Assembly (NCBI GenBank): GCA_963796965.1
Contig: CAWCNS010000007.1
Span: forward strand, 32,001-96,000
Reading direction: 5' to 3'
DNA: 64,000 nucleotides
From: Calditrichia bacterium
GTDB lineage: Bacteria > Calditrichota > Calditrichia > JAJRVZ01
Part shown: piece after piece, positions 31,665 through 42,286 of the stretch
Position numbering within the stretch: position 1 is the first letter of the stretch
Layout: every line of letters begins with the position of its first letter
Notes under the pieces: model-generated
Database searches by the model: none
What the model was told of the DNA's origin: nothing
The model's input: the letters and a program-made list of their open reading frames with translations, nothing else
Position numbers and translations under genes: made by a program

Positions 31665-31712
31665 CTCCCCCTTTTTCCCCCTCCTTAGTAAGGAGAGGGA
31701 TTATGGGGGAGG
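31665..31712. repeat. GC-rich palindrome
   Basis: ctccccc..cccctccttagtaaggagaggg..gggggag. Confidence 0.65.
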
Positions 31713-31769
31713 TGATTTGTCAATGCCTAATAAAATTACATTAAATTCAAAATTAAATGAGGTTCAAAT

Positions 31770-33014
31770 ATGAACTCCCAGTTATTTAAATATCTATTGA
31801 GTATAATAATTTTCATATGTTTAACGAGCTGTAATTCTAAGAAGGAAGACAATATGATAATGAAAGAAAATCCAGGTGGCACATTTGGTGAAGATCTCAC
31901 ATTTTTGAAGAATTATGGAGACGTCGTAGTTTTAAAAAATGAAAGCGAAAAGGCTCAAGTCCTTGTGTCCCCCAAATTGCAGGGGAAGGTTATGACGAGT
32001 ACAGCAGGAGGCCTAAAGGGAAAGAGTTTTGGTTGGATTAATTACGATCTTATCTCTTCAGGTAAAGTGGCAGAACATATAAATGCCTATGGAGGAGAAG
32101 ATAGACTTTGGTTTGGTCCGGAAGGCGGGCAGTTTTCTGTATTCTTCCCCCCAGGTGCAGAAATGACCCTTGAAAATTGGTTTACCCCTAAGGGTATAGA
32201 TACTGAACCTTTCGATCTGATTAATAAAACTGAGTCAGAAGTTGTTATGAAAGCATCTATGCATTTAACGAATTATTCGAAGACCGAATTTGATCTTGAA
32301 CTTACTCGGAAGGTTAAACTTCTGGATGAAAAGGCGATCTCTAAACGATTGAATTTTAATCCTGAGGGGATCCGATCCGTGGCTTATGAATCAATTAATT
32401 CTGTGATTAACACAGGGAAAAATGCCTGGACGAAAGAAAGCGGAACATTGTGCATCTGGATCTTAGGGATGTTCAATCCCTCCGAGAGGGCAACCGTTGT
32501 GATTCCATTTAATCCAGGAGCAGATGAGAAATATGGGCCGATTGTTACCAGTGATTATTTTGGTGAAATACCCCCTGATCGCCTGCAAATAAAAGATAAT
32601 TGTATTTATTTTAAGGCTGATGGAGGGTTCCGCAGCAAACTGGGTGTCTCAGCTAAACGCTCAAAGGATGTAGCCGGAAGCTATGACCCCGATAATAATG
32701 TGTTAACGATCATCCAATACACAAAACCAGAAGGTGATCCTGCCTATATTAATCAATTATGGGAAGTACAGGAAGAGCCTTTTAAGGGTGATGTTCTTAA
32801 TTCATATAACGATGGCCCGCTTCCCGATGGCAGTCAAATGGGACCATTTTATGAGTTAGAGAGTTCTTCCCCGGCAGCTTTTCTGGATCCCGGTGAGCAG
32901 ATTGAACATCAACACTCAACCTATCATTTTGTAGGATCGAAGGATGAACTAAATCCCATATCAAAAAAGGTTCTGGGTGTTGATTTGGATGCGATGTCAA
33001 CGGTTTTTAAGTAA
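31770..33014 (+). CDS. DUF6786-like lipoprotein (aldose epimerase-like fold likely)
   Basis: LQGKVMTST, GGEDRLWFGPEGGQFS, NSYNDGP, FYELESSSPA. Confidence 0.7.
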   Translation: MNSQLFKYLLSIIIFICLTSCNSKKEDNMIMKENPGGTFGEDLTFLKNYGDVVVLKNESEKAQVLVSPKLQGKVMTSTAGGLKGKSFGWINYDLISSGKVAEHINAYGGEDRLWFGPEGGQFSVFFPPGAEMTLENWFTPKGIDTEPFDLINKTESEVVMKASMHLTNYSKTEFDLELTRKVKLLDEKAISKRLNFNPEGIRSVAYESINSVINTGKNAWTKESGTLCIWILGMFNPSERATVVIPFNPGADEKYGPIVTSDYFGEIPPDRLQIKDNCIYFKADGGFRSKLGVSAKRSKDVAGSYDPDNNVLTIIQYTKPEGDPAYINQLWEVQEEPFKGDVLNSYNDGPLPDGSQMGPFYELESSSPAAFLDPGEQIEHQHSTYHFVGSKDELNPISKKVLGVDLDAMSTVFK

Positions 33015-33040
33015 CATTATTGTAATAATTCAGAATTTTA

Positions 33041-33203
33041 TTTCATGCAAAGACGCAAAGGGTTTTTTTCCACTAATTACTCGAATTTATACGAATTTCA
33101 CTAATTATATTTTCTAATATTTAAAAAAAATATTTTAATTCGTGAAATCTGTTCTAATTAGTGTAATTCGTGGATAGTTTTTATAGCGTCTTTGCGAGAG
33201 AAA
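33041..33203. repeat. Nested inverted repeats A[B-B']A'
   Basis: A 33041-33060; B 33069-33106; B' 33137-33174; A' 33184-33203. Confidence 0.85.
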
Positions 33204-33226
33204 AAATTATAAATTAAGGAGGGAAC

Positions 33227-34377
33227 ATGAAAAAAATATTAGTATTATTAGGAGTAATTATTATGAGGTAAACCAAGGTATAGGCCAGTCGGGCGGTATG
33301 GAGAATTTATACAAGGTTTCGGATGCAAAATCGCGGTCAATAAGCCCGGAAAATTTTACGGGTGAAAAGGGGAAGGGTGGAATGGCAACCCTGGAAGAAG
33401 GAAGTGCTGCCCGGGCAGCAAGAGAATTGGGGCAAGGTTGGAAAGTTAGCCCTTATGTCCGTATTAAACCGGGTGAGACTTTTGTGATGGGCGAGATTAA
33501 AGATAGTGGTGTGATTAATCATATCTGGATGACCCCTGCTGGTGTTTACCGTCATTCTATATTTCGCATCTATTGGGATGGTGAAGAGCAGGCTTCCGTA
33601 GAATCACCGGTAGGTGATTTTTTTGCCGCCGGTTGGGGCAATGGAACAGAGCCCGATATTAATTCTTTGGCTATCTGTGTTAATCCTCGCAGCGGGTTGA
33701 ACTCTTACTGGCAGATGCCTTTTCGTAAGGGATGCAAAGTAACCATGGAGAATATTGGCGACAAAGAATTGGTATTATATTATCAGATCGATTATACCCT
33801 TACCGATGTGCCCGATGATGCGGCCTATTTTCATGCACAATTCCGGCGGGTAAATCCCTTACCTTATAAAGAAGATTATACCATTGTCGATGGGATAAAA
33901 GGAAAAGGGCATTATGTGGGAACCTATCTCGGCCATGGCGCCAATAGCCCCGGATGGTGGGGCGAAGGAGAAATCAAGTTCTTTATGGATGGTGATAAGA
34001 AATTTCCGACCATTTGTGGTACAGGAGAAGAGGATTATTTTTGCGGATCCTATGGCTATGAAGAGAGAAAACAGGAAGATGGCTCATATACATATTCCGA
34101 TTTCAGCAGCCCCTATACGGGATTTTACCATGTGCAGGATCCGAAGTATAAAGGTGAACAACGCCGTTTCGGGCAATATCGCTGGCATATCTATGATCCT
34201 ATCAGGTTTGAAAATGATTTGCGGGTAACCATTCAGAGTATAGGTTGGCAAAGTGAAGGCCGGTATTTGCCTCTAGAGGATGATCAGGCATCAGTCGCTT
34301 ATTGGTACCAGATTGAACCACATAATCCATTCCCGGCATTACCGACCAAAGAAAAATTGATTATTGAACGGGAATAA
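33227..34377 (+). CDS. Glycoside hydrolase family 172 (DUF2961); signal peptide region disrupted upstream of 33298
   Basis: SISPENFTGEKG, HIWMT, NSYWQMPF, WWGEGEIKF, GTGEEDYF, VAYWYQ; RBS ggaggg plus ATG 33227 MKKILVLL. Confidence 0.9.
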
Positions 34378-35015
34378 ATAGAGAGGAGAGAAGAGCGTAG
34401 AGCGTGGAGCGTTAAGAGAAAAGAGAAAACAGATTACAGAAAATTGAAAGCGGTTGAGAGTGGCGGCGCGATTCATCGCGCCCATCGATCACCAAACACG
34501 ATAATTGTAGGGGCGGACTGTGTCTAAGACCCCGTACTACGGGGTGTGTCCGCCCTGGAAAAATGTTGAATAATCAATAGTCAACACGGAATATGCAATG
34601 TTCAAGGATGTGAAGCGTGAAATGTCAAATGTGAAACGCGTTAAACATAAGCGGGCAATTCTAGGGACGTCAATATCCGCCCTGTCCTTGTTCTGTAAGC
34701 AATAGATTCTTAACAAATTAAATAATTCCTGCAGTCATCCTGTCAGGATCTTCCTTCGTGTCGATTCGATTTCTGCAGTAGAAAGATTCCTCTGGAATGA
34801 CGAAAAGATAATATATAATATGTTTCTTAATCCATAGCATATTATATGTCATCCTGGAGAGATCTTTCTGGTTATAGATATCTGTTTACCACAAAGAAAG
34901 ATTCTTTTCCCGAGACGCGATCCCATTCCGGGACAGAATGACAGGCTCTTATAATTGTTATTCGTGAAATTCGTCCGAAGGGCCCGTTTTACGGGCATAA
35001 TTAGTGTAATCCGTA
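34378..35015. repeat. Cluster of mixed repeats: heptamers, GTAG-type REP, two family-C hairpins, family-B arm
   Basis: gtaggggcggac...gtccgccct 34507-34556; gtcatcc...gaatgac 34734-34801 and 34847-34943; ttcgtgaaattcg...aatccgt 34961-35014. Confidence 0.8.
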
Positions 35016-35061
35016 AAAAAATTATTTATAATTCAAAATTTAAAATTGTATAGGTGAAATT

Positions 35062-35805
35062 ATGTCAGAAAAACTCAGAATTATCGGAGTTATACCGGGG
35101 AGATACGGCTCGTCCCGTTTTCCGGGAAAGATTGTTGCTAAAATAGCTGGCAAACCGATGGTGCAACGTGTCTATGAACGTTCTGCTCAATCTAAATTGC
35201 TCGATGAATTAGTTGTCGCCGTCGATGATCAACGCGTATTTGATATCGTTGAAACATTCGGTGGTAAAGCGGTTATGACAGGAAGCCATCATCAATCAGG
35301 TACCGACCGTCTTGCCGAGATTGCTGCTCATTTTGAAGGTGATATTTATGTCAATATTCAGGGCGACCAGCCTTTAATTGATCCGGCTATGATTGATGAG
35401 GCTGTGGAACCCATGATTCATAATTCTGAAATTCAGATGTCTACACTCAAAATAAAGATAGAAGAGGAGAACTATCACGACCCGGGTGTCGTAAAGGTTG
35501 TAACCGATAAAGAGGGATGGGCACTCTACTTCTCGCGTTCATTAATTCCTTATAACCGGGATGGTATGGATGTTGATATCTTTGAGCATGTGGGGCTTTA
35601 TGTTTATCGCAAGGATTTCCTTCAAACCTATACCCAGTTGGCCGATACGCCTCTTGGAGAATCTGAGGTTTTGGAGCAACTAAAAGTTCTTGAACATGGC
35701 CATCGCATATTTGTAGCTGAAACCAAGTGCGACCGCAGTACCGGATATAATGTTGATACACCGGAAGATTTAGTTAAAGTGGAACAAGTAATACTTGGAA
35801 AATAA
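35062..35805 (+). CDS. kdsB: 3-deoxy-manno-octulosonate cytidylyltransferase
   Basis: IPGRYGSSRFPGK, HQSGTDRLAE, VNIQGDQP, ALYFSRSLIP, HVGLYVY, LEQL, VDTPEDL. Confidence 0.92.
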   Translation: MSEKLRIIGVIPGRYGSSRFPGKIVAKIAGKPMVQRVYERSAQSKLLDELVVAVDDQRVFDIVETFGGKAVMTGSHHQSGTDRLAEIAAHFEGDIYVNIQGDQPLIDPAMIDEAVEPMIHNSEIQMSTLKIKIEEENYHDPGVVKVVTDKEGWALYFSRSLIPYNRDGMDVDIFEHVGLYVYRKDFLQTYTQLADTPLGESEVLEQLKVLEHGHRIFVAETKCDRSTGYNVDTPEDLVKVEQVILGK

Positions 35806-35877
35806 TGCGGATTTATGTCTATACAGTGGGAAATAGGAAAGATGAGATAGTTTCTTTGGAATTAGGGATTTGTTGAA

Positions 35878-36000
35878 TGTCATCCCGTCCCGGAACGGGA
35901 TCGCGTCTCGGGAGAGGGATCTTCCTACTTGTCGATTACCTATGTTGGTGTAGTAGGGATCTTATCCCAAAACTGGATCCAATCCCGGGACTGAATGACA
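35878..36000. repeat. Family-C element TGTCAT...ATGACA
   Basis: tgtcatcccgtcccggaacgggatcgcgtctcgggagagggatctt ... cccgggactgaatgaca. Confidence 0.85.
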
Positions 36001-36079
36001 ATACTAATTCTAAAAAAATTAAATTCATAAAATTCATAAAATTAGTAATAATTAGTGAAATAAGTGGAAAGAGATTAAA

Positions 36080-37273
36080 ATGAAAGTTAACAGAGAACTA
36101 ATCAAAAACCTCTATAAAAGTCTCCCCGACCAAAGCAAGGAGATGTTGGAGAAGGGTATTGCAGATATTGTTTCTGCAAAAAAGAATAAGGGTAAAGTTG
36201 TTGTGGTGACCGGCAGCGGCCCAAACCTGCATGAAGGTGTAACCACATTGATCGCAGAAATGATTGAAAAAGGGCTTATAGACGGTGTGACAACAAGCTC
36301 TGCCGTTATTGCTCATGAGATGGCGGGTTCGTTGGACAAGGTAAAACGGGTTGATGGTAAAAAACTTGGTTTCCCCGAAGACAAACTTCCCCGCGGTGAC
36401 ATTTTTGAAGCAACAATTTTAAACGAGACCTTTCTTAGAATTCTGAGAAAGGAAATGATCCTTGATGAGAACCTCATTAATAAAGTGATAGCCAGCGACG
36501 GTGATACCATTATCAAGGCTGCAGGAAATATGGCCTATCCCATGGGTTTACGTACGGAAAATCTGGCCAAAGAAATAATGATTATTGCACGTAGCCGGGG
36601 TGTGCCATTTGAAGTGATTGCTGGAGCAGGAGCTGATGTGAAAACCATGTTAGGGGCTGGTTATCAGAAAAACATCCCTGTATTGGTTACAATCCCTCAG
36701 TTGGTTGGGGGGGGGATGGTTGGGTTGGCAATTGGTGACTCTATTTCTATTACAGAAAGAGCAACCAGGATAGCATCCATGATGAATTCTGCCGATGTCA
36801 TTATTGAATCTGCTGTCGCCTTAACACAGGAAATTCACGACGGACCTTTTGAAACGTATACAGGGCATGGTATCTGGGCTGACTGGGATGGATACCCGAC
36901 TTATAGTTTGGAAGGTAAGACCCTGATCCGGATTGATACCGATCCTAATTTGCAGAAAGCATGGGAATTTGAAAAACAATCGAGCCAGGTCCAGGAGGCG
37001 ATTGATAAGGGTTTGCCAAAAACCAAGTTAATGGAAATCCCATTCCGTATGGAGATGTCCGGATTTGCGCGTTTGGAAAAGAGTATTCCTGTTATCGGGG
37101 ATATTGGTGTTATTTGGCCGGCAATGGCCATGCGTCTGGAAGAAGAACTGAATATCTCTCTGGATTTCATTTCTTATCCTCAGGATTTAGAAGAGGGAAG
37201 AGAGATGAGAGAATGGATTGTGGAAAATGTCCAGCCGCTGGATAAGAAGAAACTGCATACGATCAAACGTTAG
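36080..37273 (+). CDS. DHS-like NAD-binding fold protein of unknown function
   Basis: KVVVVTGSGPNLHEG..LIAEMIEKGLIDGVTTSSAVIAHE and AGYQKNIPVLV resemble the deoxyhypusine-synthase-like superfamily. Confidence 0.6.
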   Translation: MKVNRELIKNLYKSLPDQSKEMLEKGIADIVSAKKNKGKVVVVTGSGPNLHEGVTTLIAEMIEKGLIDGVTTSSAVIAHEMAGSLDKVKRVDGKKLGFPEDKLPRGDIFEATILNETFLRILRKEMILDENLINKVIASDGDTIIKAAGNMAYPMGLRTENLAKEIMIIARSRGVPFEVIAGAGADVKTMLGAGYQKNIPVLVTIPQLVGGGMVGLAIGDSISITERATRIASMMNSADVIIESAVALTQEIHDGPFETYTGHGIWADWDGYPTYSLEGKTLIRIDTDPNLQKAWEFEKQSSQVQEAIDKGLPKTKLMEIPFRMEMSGFARLEKSIPVIGDIGVIWPAMAMRLEEELNISLDFISYPQDLEEGREMREWIVENVQPLDKKKLHTIKR

Positions 37274-37344
37274 GTTTTATTAGAAAATATACGTCATCTA
37301 CTTTGATTTTTTGATTAAATTTTTCCTTATTTTTTATAATAATT

Positions 37345-37880
37345 AATCCTCTACAAGGATTAATTGTTCATGGGTTATAATATCTTCTACAATAATATAA
37401 CCTCTACGAGGTTGTTAATCATGATATAGACAGTATCTAATCATTAGATCATATAAAAAAAACAGATTATTTGTCTGAATATTTTTTGACTCTTCCATTT
37501 GTTTTATTGTTTTAAATCCTATACAAGGATTTTATAATAGTACGACCTCTACGAGGTTGTTAATCTGATATAACAGTATCTAATATTAGATCATATAAAA
37601 AAAACAGATTATTTGTCTGAATATTTTTTGACTCTTCCATTTGTTTTATTGTTTTAAATCCTATACAAGGAATTTATAATATTACAACCTCTACGAGGTT
37701 TTATTAAACTGCAATTGTAATACGTGTGATCCTAATGTATTTGAGGATGAATTTCTAACGCTAAATGTTACACATATCAAATAAATCCATAAAAATTTAT
37801 AATTCTGTCAAATATTTAACATCATAAATGTTCATTTTTATAAAGATGTACCTATTAATAAATCTATCCTTGTAGAGGAT
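37345..37880. repeat. ACCTCTACGAGGT-type hairpin repeats with ~143-bp tandem duplication
   Basis: acctctacgaggtt at 37400, 37545 and 37687; units 37400-37544 and 37545-37686 near identical; atcctctacaaggat 37346 and atccttgtagaggat 37866 inverted. Confidence 0.9.
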
Positions 37881-37927
37881 GCATTATTGAGAAAATTTTC
37901 CATTAGAAATCTATCACGGACGCCATT

Positions 37928-38746
37928 ATGACAGAAAAGAATTATACTCAAAATAGATTAACCCACTTTTTTTTGATCACTTTCATATACTCATGGACTA
38001 TTTGGGGACTTGGTGTCATTCTTTCCTATACCATAGAAGGAGAATTACCCTTCCGGCTGGTTCTTCCCATTATTATTATTGGGGCTTTTGGCCCCTCGGT
38101 TGCTGCCGTGTGGTTAACCTACAGGGATGAAGGAAATCCCGGCGTTATTGCCCTTCTCAAAAGAGGATTACAGGTTAAGGGTATTCCAACCTGGATCTGG
38201 GTTGCCATGTTCCTGATACCGGTGTCGGCCTTGTTGATTGCTATATTTTTTGTTTGGTTAGAGTTTGGAGTGGGTGCTGTAAGTACTAAAGGACTTTTAC
38301 TCTTTCCACTCTATATATTGATTATGTATTTGGGAGGTTCCGTTCAGGAAGAATTTGGTTGGAGAGGATATGCTTTAGACCGCCTGCAGTTAAAATGGAA
38401 TGCTTTTAATTCGAGTATTATTTTGGGTATTATTTGGACGACCTGGCACTTGCCACTATTTTTTATTGAGGGAGCTCACCAACAAAATATGACGTTATGG
38501 CTTTATTATATTAGTGTAATATGTCTGGCTATTATTATGACCTGGCTTCACAATAACTCAAAGGCCAACATTTTTGTGGCAATGACCTATCACGCTATTG
38601 GTAATTCTGTTATTATTCTGGCCGATACAGAAGGGGCGGGACCAGAGGCTCTGAGTGCGGGTGAGATCTACAATGTGGCCGGAACATTAATATTTGCCAT
38701 AATCATAGTTGTGTTCTGGGGCCCTAAAACCCTGACCAAATCATAA
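37928..38746 (+). CDS. CPBP (CAAX/Abi) intramembrane metalloprotease
   Basis: EEFGWRGYAL, WTTWHLPLF, HAIGN. Confidence 0.92.
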   Translation: MTEKNYTQNRLTHFFLITFIYSWTIWGLGVILSYTIEGELPFRLVLPIIIIGAFGPSVAAVWLTYRDEGNPGVIALLKRGLQVKGIPTWIWVAMFLIPVSALLIAIFFVWLEFGVGAVSTKGLLLFPLYILIMYLGGSVQEEFGWRGYALDRLQLKWNAFNSSIILGIIWTTWHLPLFFIEGAHQQNMTLWLYYISVICLAIIMTWLHNNSKANIFVAMTYHAIGNSVIILADTEGAGPEALSAGEIYNVAGTLIFAIIIVVFWGPKTLTKS

Positions 38747-38800
38747 TTCCTAATTACCAATTACGAATTCCCATAAGCATATTCCCACCAAAATTTCACG

Positions 38801-38829
38801 TTGCAACTAATGTGACAAATGATTAAAAT
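38801..38829 (+). promoter_or_regulatory. Candidate sigma70 promoter for the GH38 gene
   Basis: TTGCAA-17nt-TAAAAT upstream of RBS aggag. Confidence 0.5.
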
Positions 38830-38862
38830 TTTGTTTCCCTACTCAACCAGGAGATTATAAAT

Positions 38863-41800
38863 ATGGATGTAAATTTCGGCAACCTCGCAAAAAAAATCCA
38901 AACGATCAAAGACAATATTTATTCAGAAATTACCCCGTTCGAATTAATCAAATTTAAGCAGGGGGACCTTCCGGATGCTAAATCAGTCAAATATGATGAT
39001 TCAAAATGGCGGAAATTTTCTGTTGGCCAATCCTGGGGAGGACGGGATATTACCTGTTGGTTTAGAATCCCTCTGGTAGTTCCCAAAGTTGCGTCAGGAA
39101 AAAAATATGCTGTTATCTTTCAACCCGGCAAACGCTATTTTTTCGATGCCAGTCAAGGGGGTGATTATCGGGAATATGAACTTCTGGTTCATCTTGATGG
39201 CCAACCTTTGCAGAGTGTTGATATTCGCCGTAATGAGATAATGCTCTGGGACAAATTAAAACCGGGTAAAAGACATATTCTGGCTATTGAGGCATTTAGC
39301 GGTCTGGAAACACATCAACATCGTCTTGAACAGGCAGATCTTGTATGTATCGATGCTGAAACAGAGGATTTTTACTATAATACAAAGATCGCTTTTGAAA
39401 CCATCCAGAGCACTGATAAAAATAATCCAAAAAACGTCCATATGTTGTCTACCCTGGAAGCATCCCTTTTAATGGTAGATTTTTTGCAAATTGGTAGTGA
39501 TTCGTTTTATGATTCCATAAAGAAGGCAAATGCTTTTATAAAAAAAGAACTCTATAAGGATAATACACCGAAGAAAGACCATGCCACTGTAATGAGTCTG
39601 GGTAACTCACATTTGGATCTGGCCTGGATGTGGCAGACAAAGCATAGCCGCAAAAAAGCAGCAAGGACCTTTTCGAATACCCTCCGTCTTATGGAAATAT
39701 ATCCTGAATATCATTTTATTCAGAGTCAGGCACAATTATATACTTTTATTAAAGAATCCTATCCGGATATCTATAAACGCATAAAAGAGCAAATCAAGTC
39801 AGGTCGAATTGAAGCCACAGGCGGTATGTGGGCTGAATCAGATTGCAATATCCCCTGGGGTGAGTCTTTGGTCCGACAGTTTTTATATGGAAAGCGTTTT
39901 TTTGAAAAGGAGTTTGGAAAAGAAAGTAAGGTCGTTTGGCTGCCCGATGCTTTTGGATTTTGTTACACGATGCCACAGATTATGAAAAAATGTGGTCTTA
40001 AATTTTTTATGACAACAAAGATGAGCTGGTCGCAGTTTGTGAGAATTGACTATGATACTTTTTACTGGCAGGGGTTAGATGGAAGCAAAGTGATGGCTTA
40101 TTTTATTACAACACCTGATCCCCGTGGATGGGATGATTATAGTGCCGATCTGAATCCAAAACTCCTTAAGGGATGTTGGGATGAGTATCAACACAAAGAA
40201 AAAAATAATGAAGTCCTCTTCGTCTATGGTTGGGGAGATGGTGGTTGCGGGCCTACACGGGATATGCTGGAAAATTCAACGCGGCTCTCTTATATGAACG
40301 AACTACTGCCCAATCACCGCCAGGGGCTGGTAGAAGAATTTTTTGAGGGTTTGGAGAGTAGAGTTGATGAACTTCCTGTCTGGAATGATGAATTATATTT
40401 ACAATTCCATCGTGGATGTTATACATCCCAAGCCTGGATAAAGAAGGCAAATCGAAAAAGTGAGATATTATACCATGATACGGAACTCTTCTGTGCTATT
40501 GACTCAATAAATAAGGGACCTTATCCCCATGAAGAAATTAATAAAGGTTGGGAGATTGATCCTACTGAATCAATTCCATGATATTTTACCCGGATCATCA
40601 ATCCCGGAAGTATATGAGGACTGTCGTGCGGAATACAAACAAGTTACTGAGAATGGTGAAAAACATTTGAATAATGCCCTGGTTAATTTGGGCAAAGGTA
40701 AGAAAGGTGCAAAATCGGACAATAAAATAGCCATATTTAATTCTCTTGTCATGGGATAGATCAGATCTGATTACACTTCCCATGTCAAAAGGTAATAAAG
40801 AATTAGTCTTACTGATAGCGATGGAGAAGTCGTTCCGGTCCAGATGCTATCTGATAAAAAAGGAGCCCTTGCCTATATTGATAATCTTCCTTCCTTGGGA
40901 TATAACATTTTACAATTATAAAATGGAAAATCAGGTAATAAGGTAATCCAGTATTAAAACCTCGAAAAGCAAATTAGAAAATAAATTTTTTGTCTATCAC
41001 TTTTGACAAAAAAGGATTGATTACCAGGGATCTATGATAAAAAATATCAATCGGGAAGTGATTGAAAAGGGTAAGAAGGCTAATGTTTTGCAGGCTTTTG
41101 AGGATCGCCCCCTTCGTAACAATGCCTGGGATATTGATATTTTTTATCAGGACAAATGTATTGAATCTGGATGATTTGAGTCATGTGGAAGTGTGCCGAA
41201 AATGGTCCGCTTCGTGGAACCTTAGTTCAGAAGCGAAGATTTTTAGATTCGGAAATCATTCAGACTATTCATATATATGAGCATATTCCGCGAATAGATT
41301 TTGTAACGGAAATTGACTGGCAGCAGCATGAAACATTACTCAAAGTTGCTTTTCCCGTTAATATTCATGCCAATGAAGCAACCTATGAAATCCCGTATGG
41401 CAACATCCAGCGTCCAACACACTGGAACACGTTATGGGATAAAGGGCGGTTTGAAGTCCCGGCGCAAAAATGGGCGGATCTTTCTGAAGGAGATTATGGT
41501 GTTAGTTTGTTAAATGATTGCAAATATGGATATGATATCAAGGATAATGTCATGAGGCTGACCTTAATCAAATCCCCAATTCATCCGGATCCAAATGCTG
41601 ATATCGGTGAGCATCAATTTACCTATTCACTTTATCCCCATGCGGGGGATTGGCGAAGCGGTGGAACTATACAGGAAGCATACAGATTGAATTATCAACC
41701 ACATCTTCGGGTTGTTTCGTCCGAAGATGAGATAGTGATAACCAGGTACCATTTTCATTTGCTCGAACAAACCGTGATAATGTGATTATCGAATCGGTGA

Positions 41801-42012
41801 AGAAGGCAGAAGAGAGCAGTGAGATCGTCTTCCGTCTCTATGAAACCTCCAATCAACGTGGCAATGTGGAACTAACCTTTGCCCAACCTATAAAGGGTAT
41901 TTGGGAAACCAATATGCTGGAAAAAGAAAAACAACCATTAAAACACAAAAAAAATATGGTTACCTTTGATATTAAACCACATGAAATAAAAACGTTTATG
42001 GTGAAATTCTAA
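38863..42012 (+). CDS. Alpha-mannosidase, GH38 (several frameshifts 40550-41790)
   Basis: SHLDLAWMW, GESLVRQF, WLPDAFG, GWGDGGCGP, HRGCYTSQ, NQFHDILPGSSI, RFEVPAQKWADLSE, SVKKAE. Confidence 0.92.
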
Positions 42013-42014
42013 AT

Positions 42015-42255
42015 CAATATTCAATATTCAACACGGAATGATTCAATGTTCAATGATTAAAGAAGTAGAGACACGGCGTGCCGTGTCCGCCATAAAAATA
42101 TTTTTGTCCACGAATTTCACGAATTCAAACTAATGGTATTATACTTTGATTCTAATAATAAATAAGTAATAAAATTTGTGAAATTCGTATAAATTTGTGT
42201 AATTCGTGGAGAAAAATCCGCGGAAATCCGCGTGATCCACGTCATCCGTGTTCTA
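42015..42255. repeat. Heptamers, GTAG-type REP and family-B inverted pair
   Basis: tcaatattcaatattcaa; gtagagacacggcgtgccgtgtc at 42065; ccacgaatttcacgaatt paired with aattcgtggag. Confidence 0.8.
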
Positions 42256-42286
42256 TAATCCACCCTCCAAAGGAGATACCAATAAG

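Noticed and set aside
37399..37700. CRISPR-like array
   Set aside because: Repeats are only ~14 nt, the intervening sequences are ~130 nt and near-identical to each other, and no cas genes are present
37775..37845. Possible Y1 transposase C-terminal relic on the minus strand (YDVKYL)
   Set aside because: Too short and AT-rich to support without a search
37928..38746. Abi phage-defence gene
   Set aside because: CPBP/CAAX protease family; the Abi label is historical and there is no defence context
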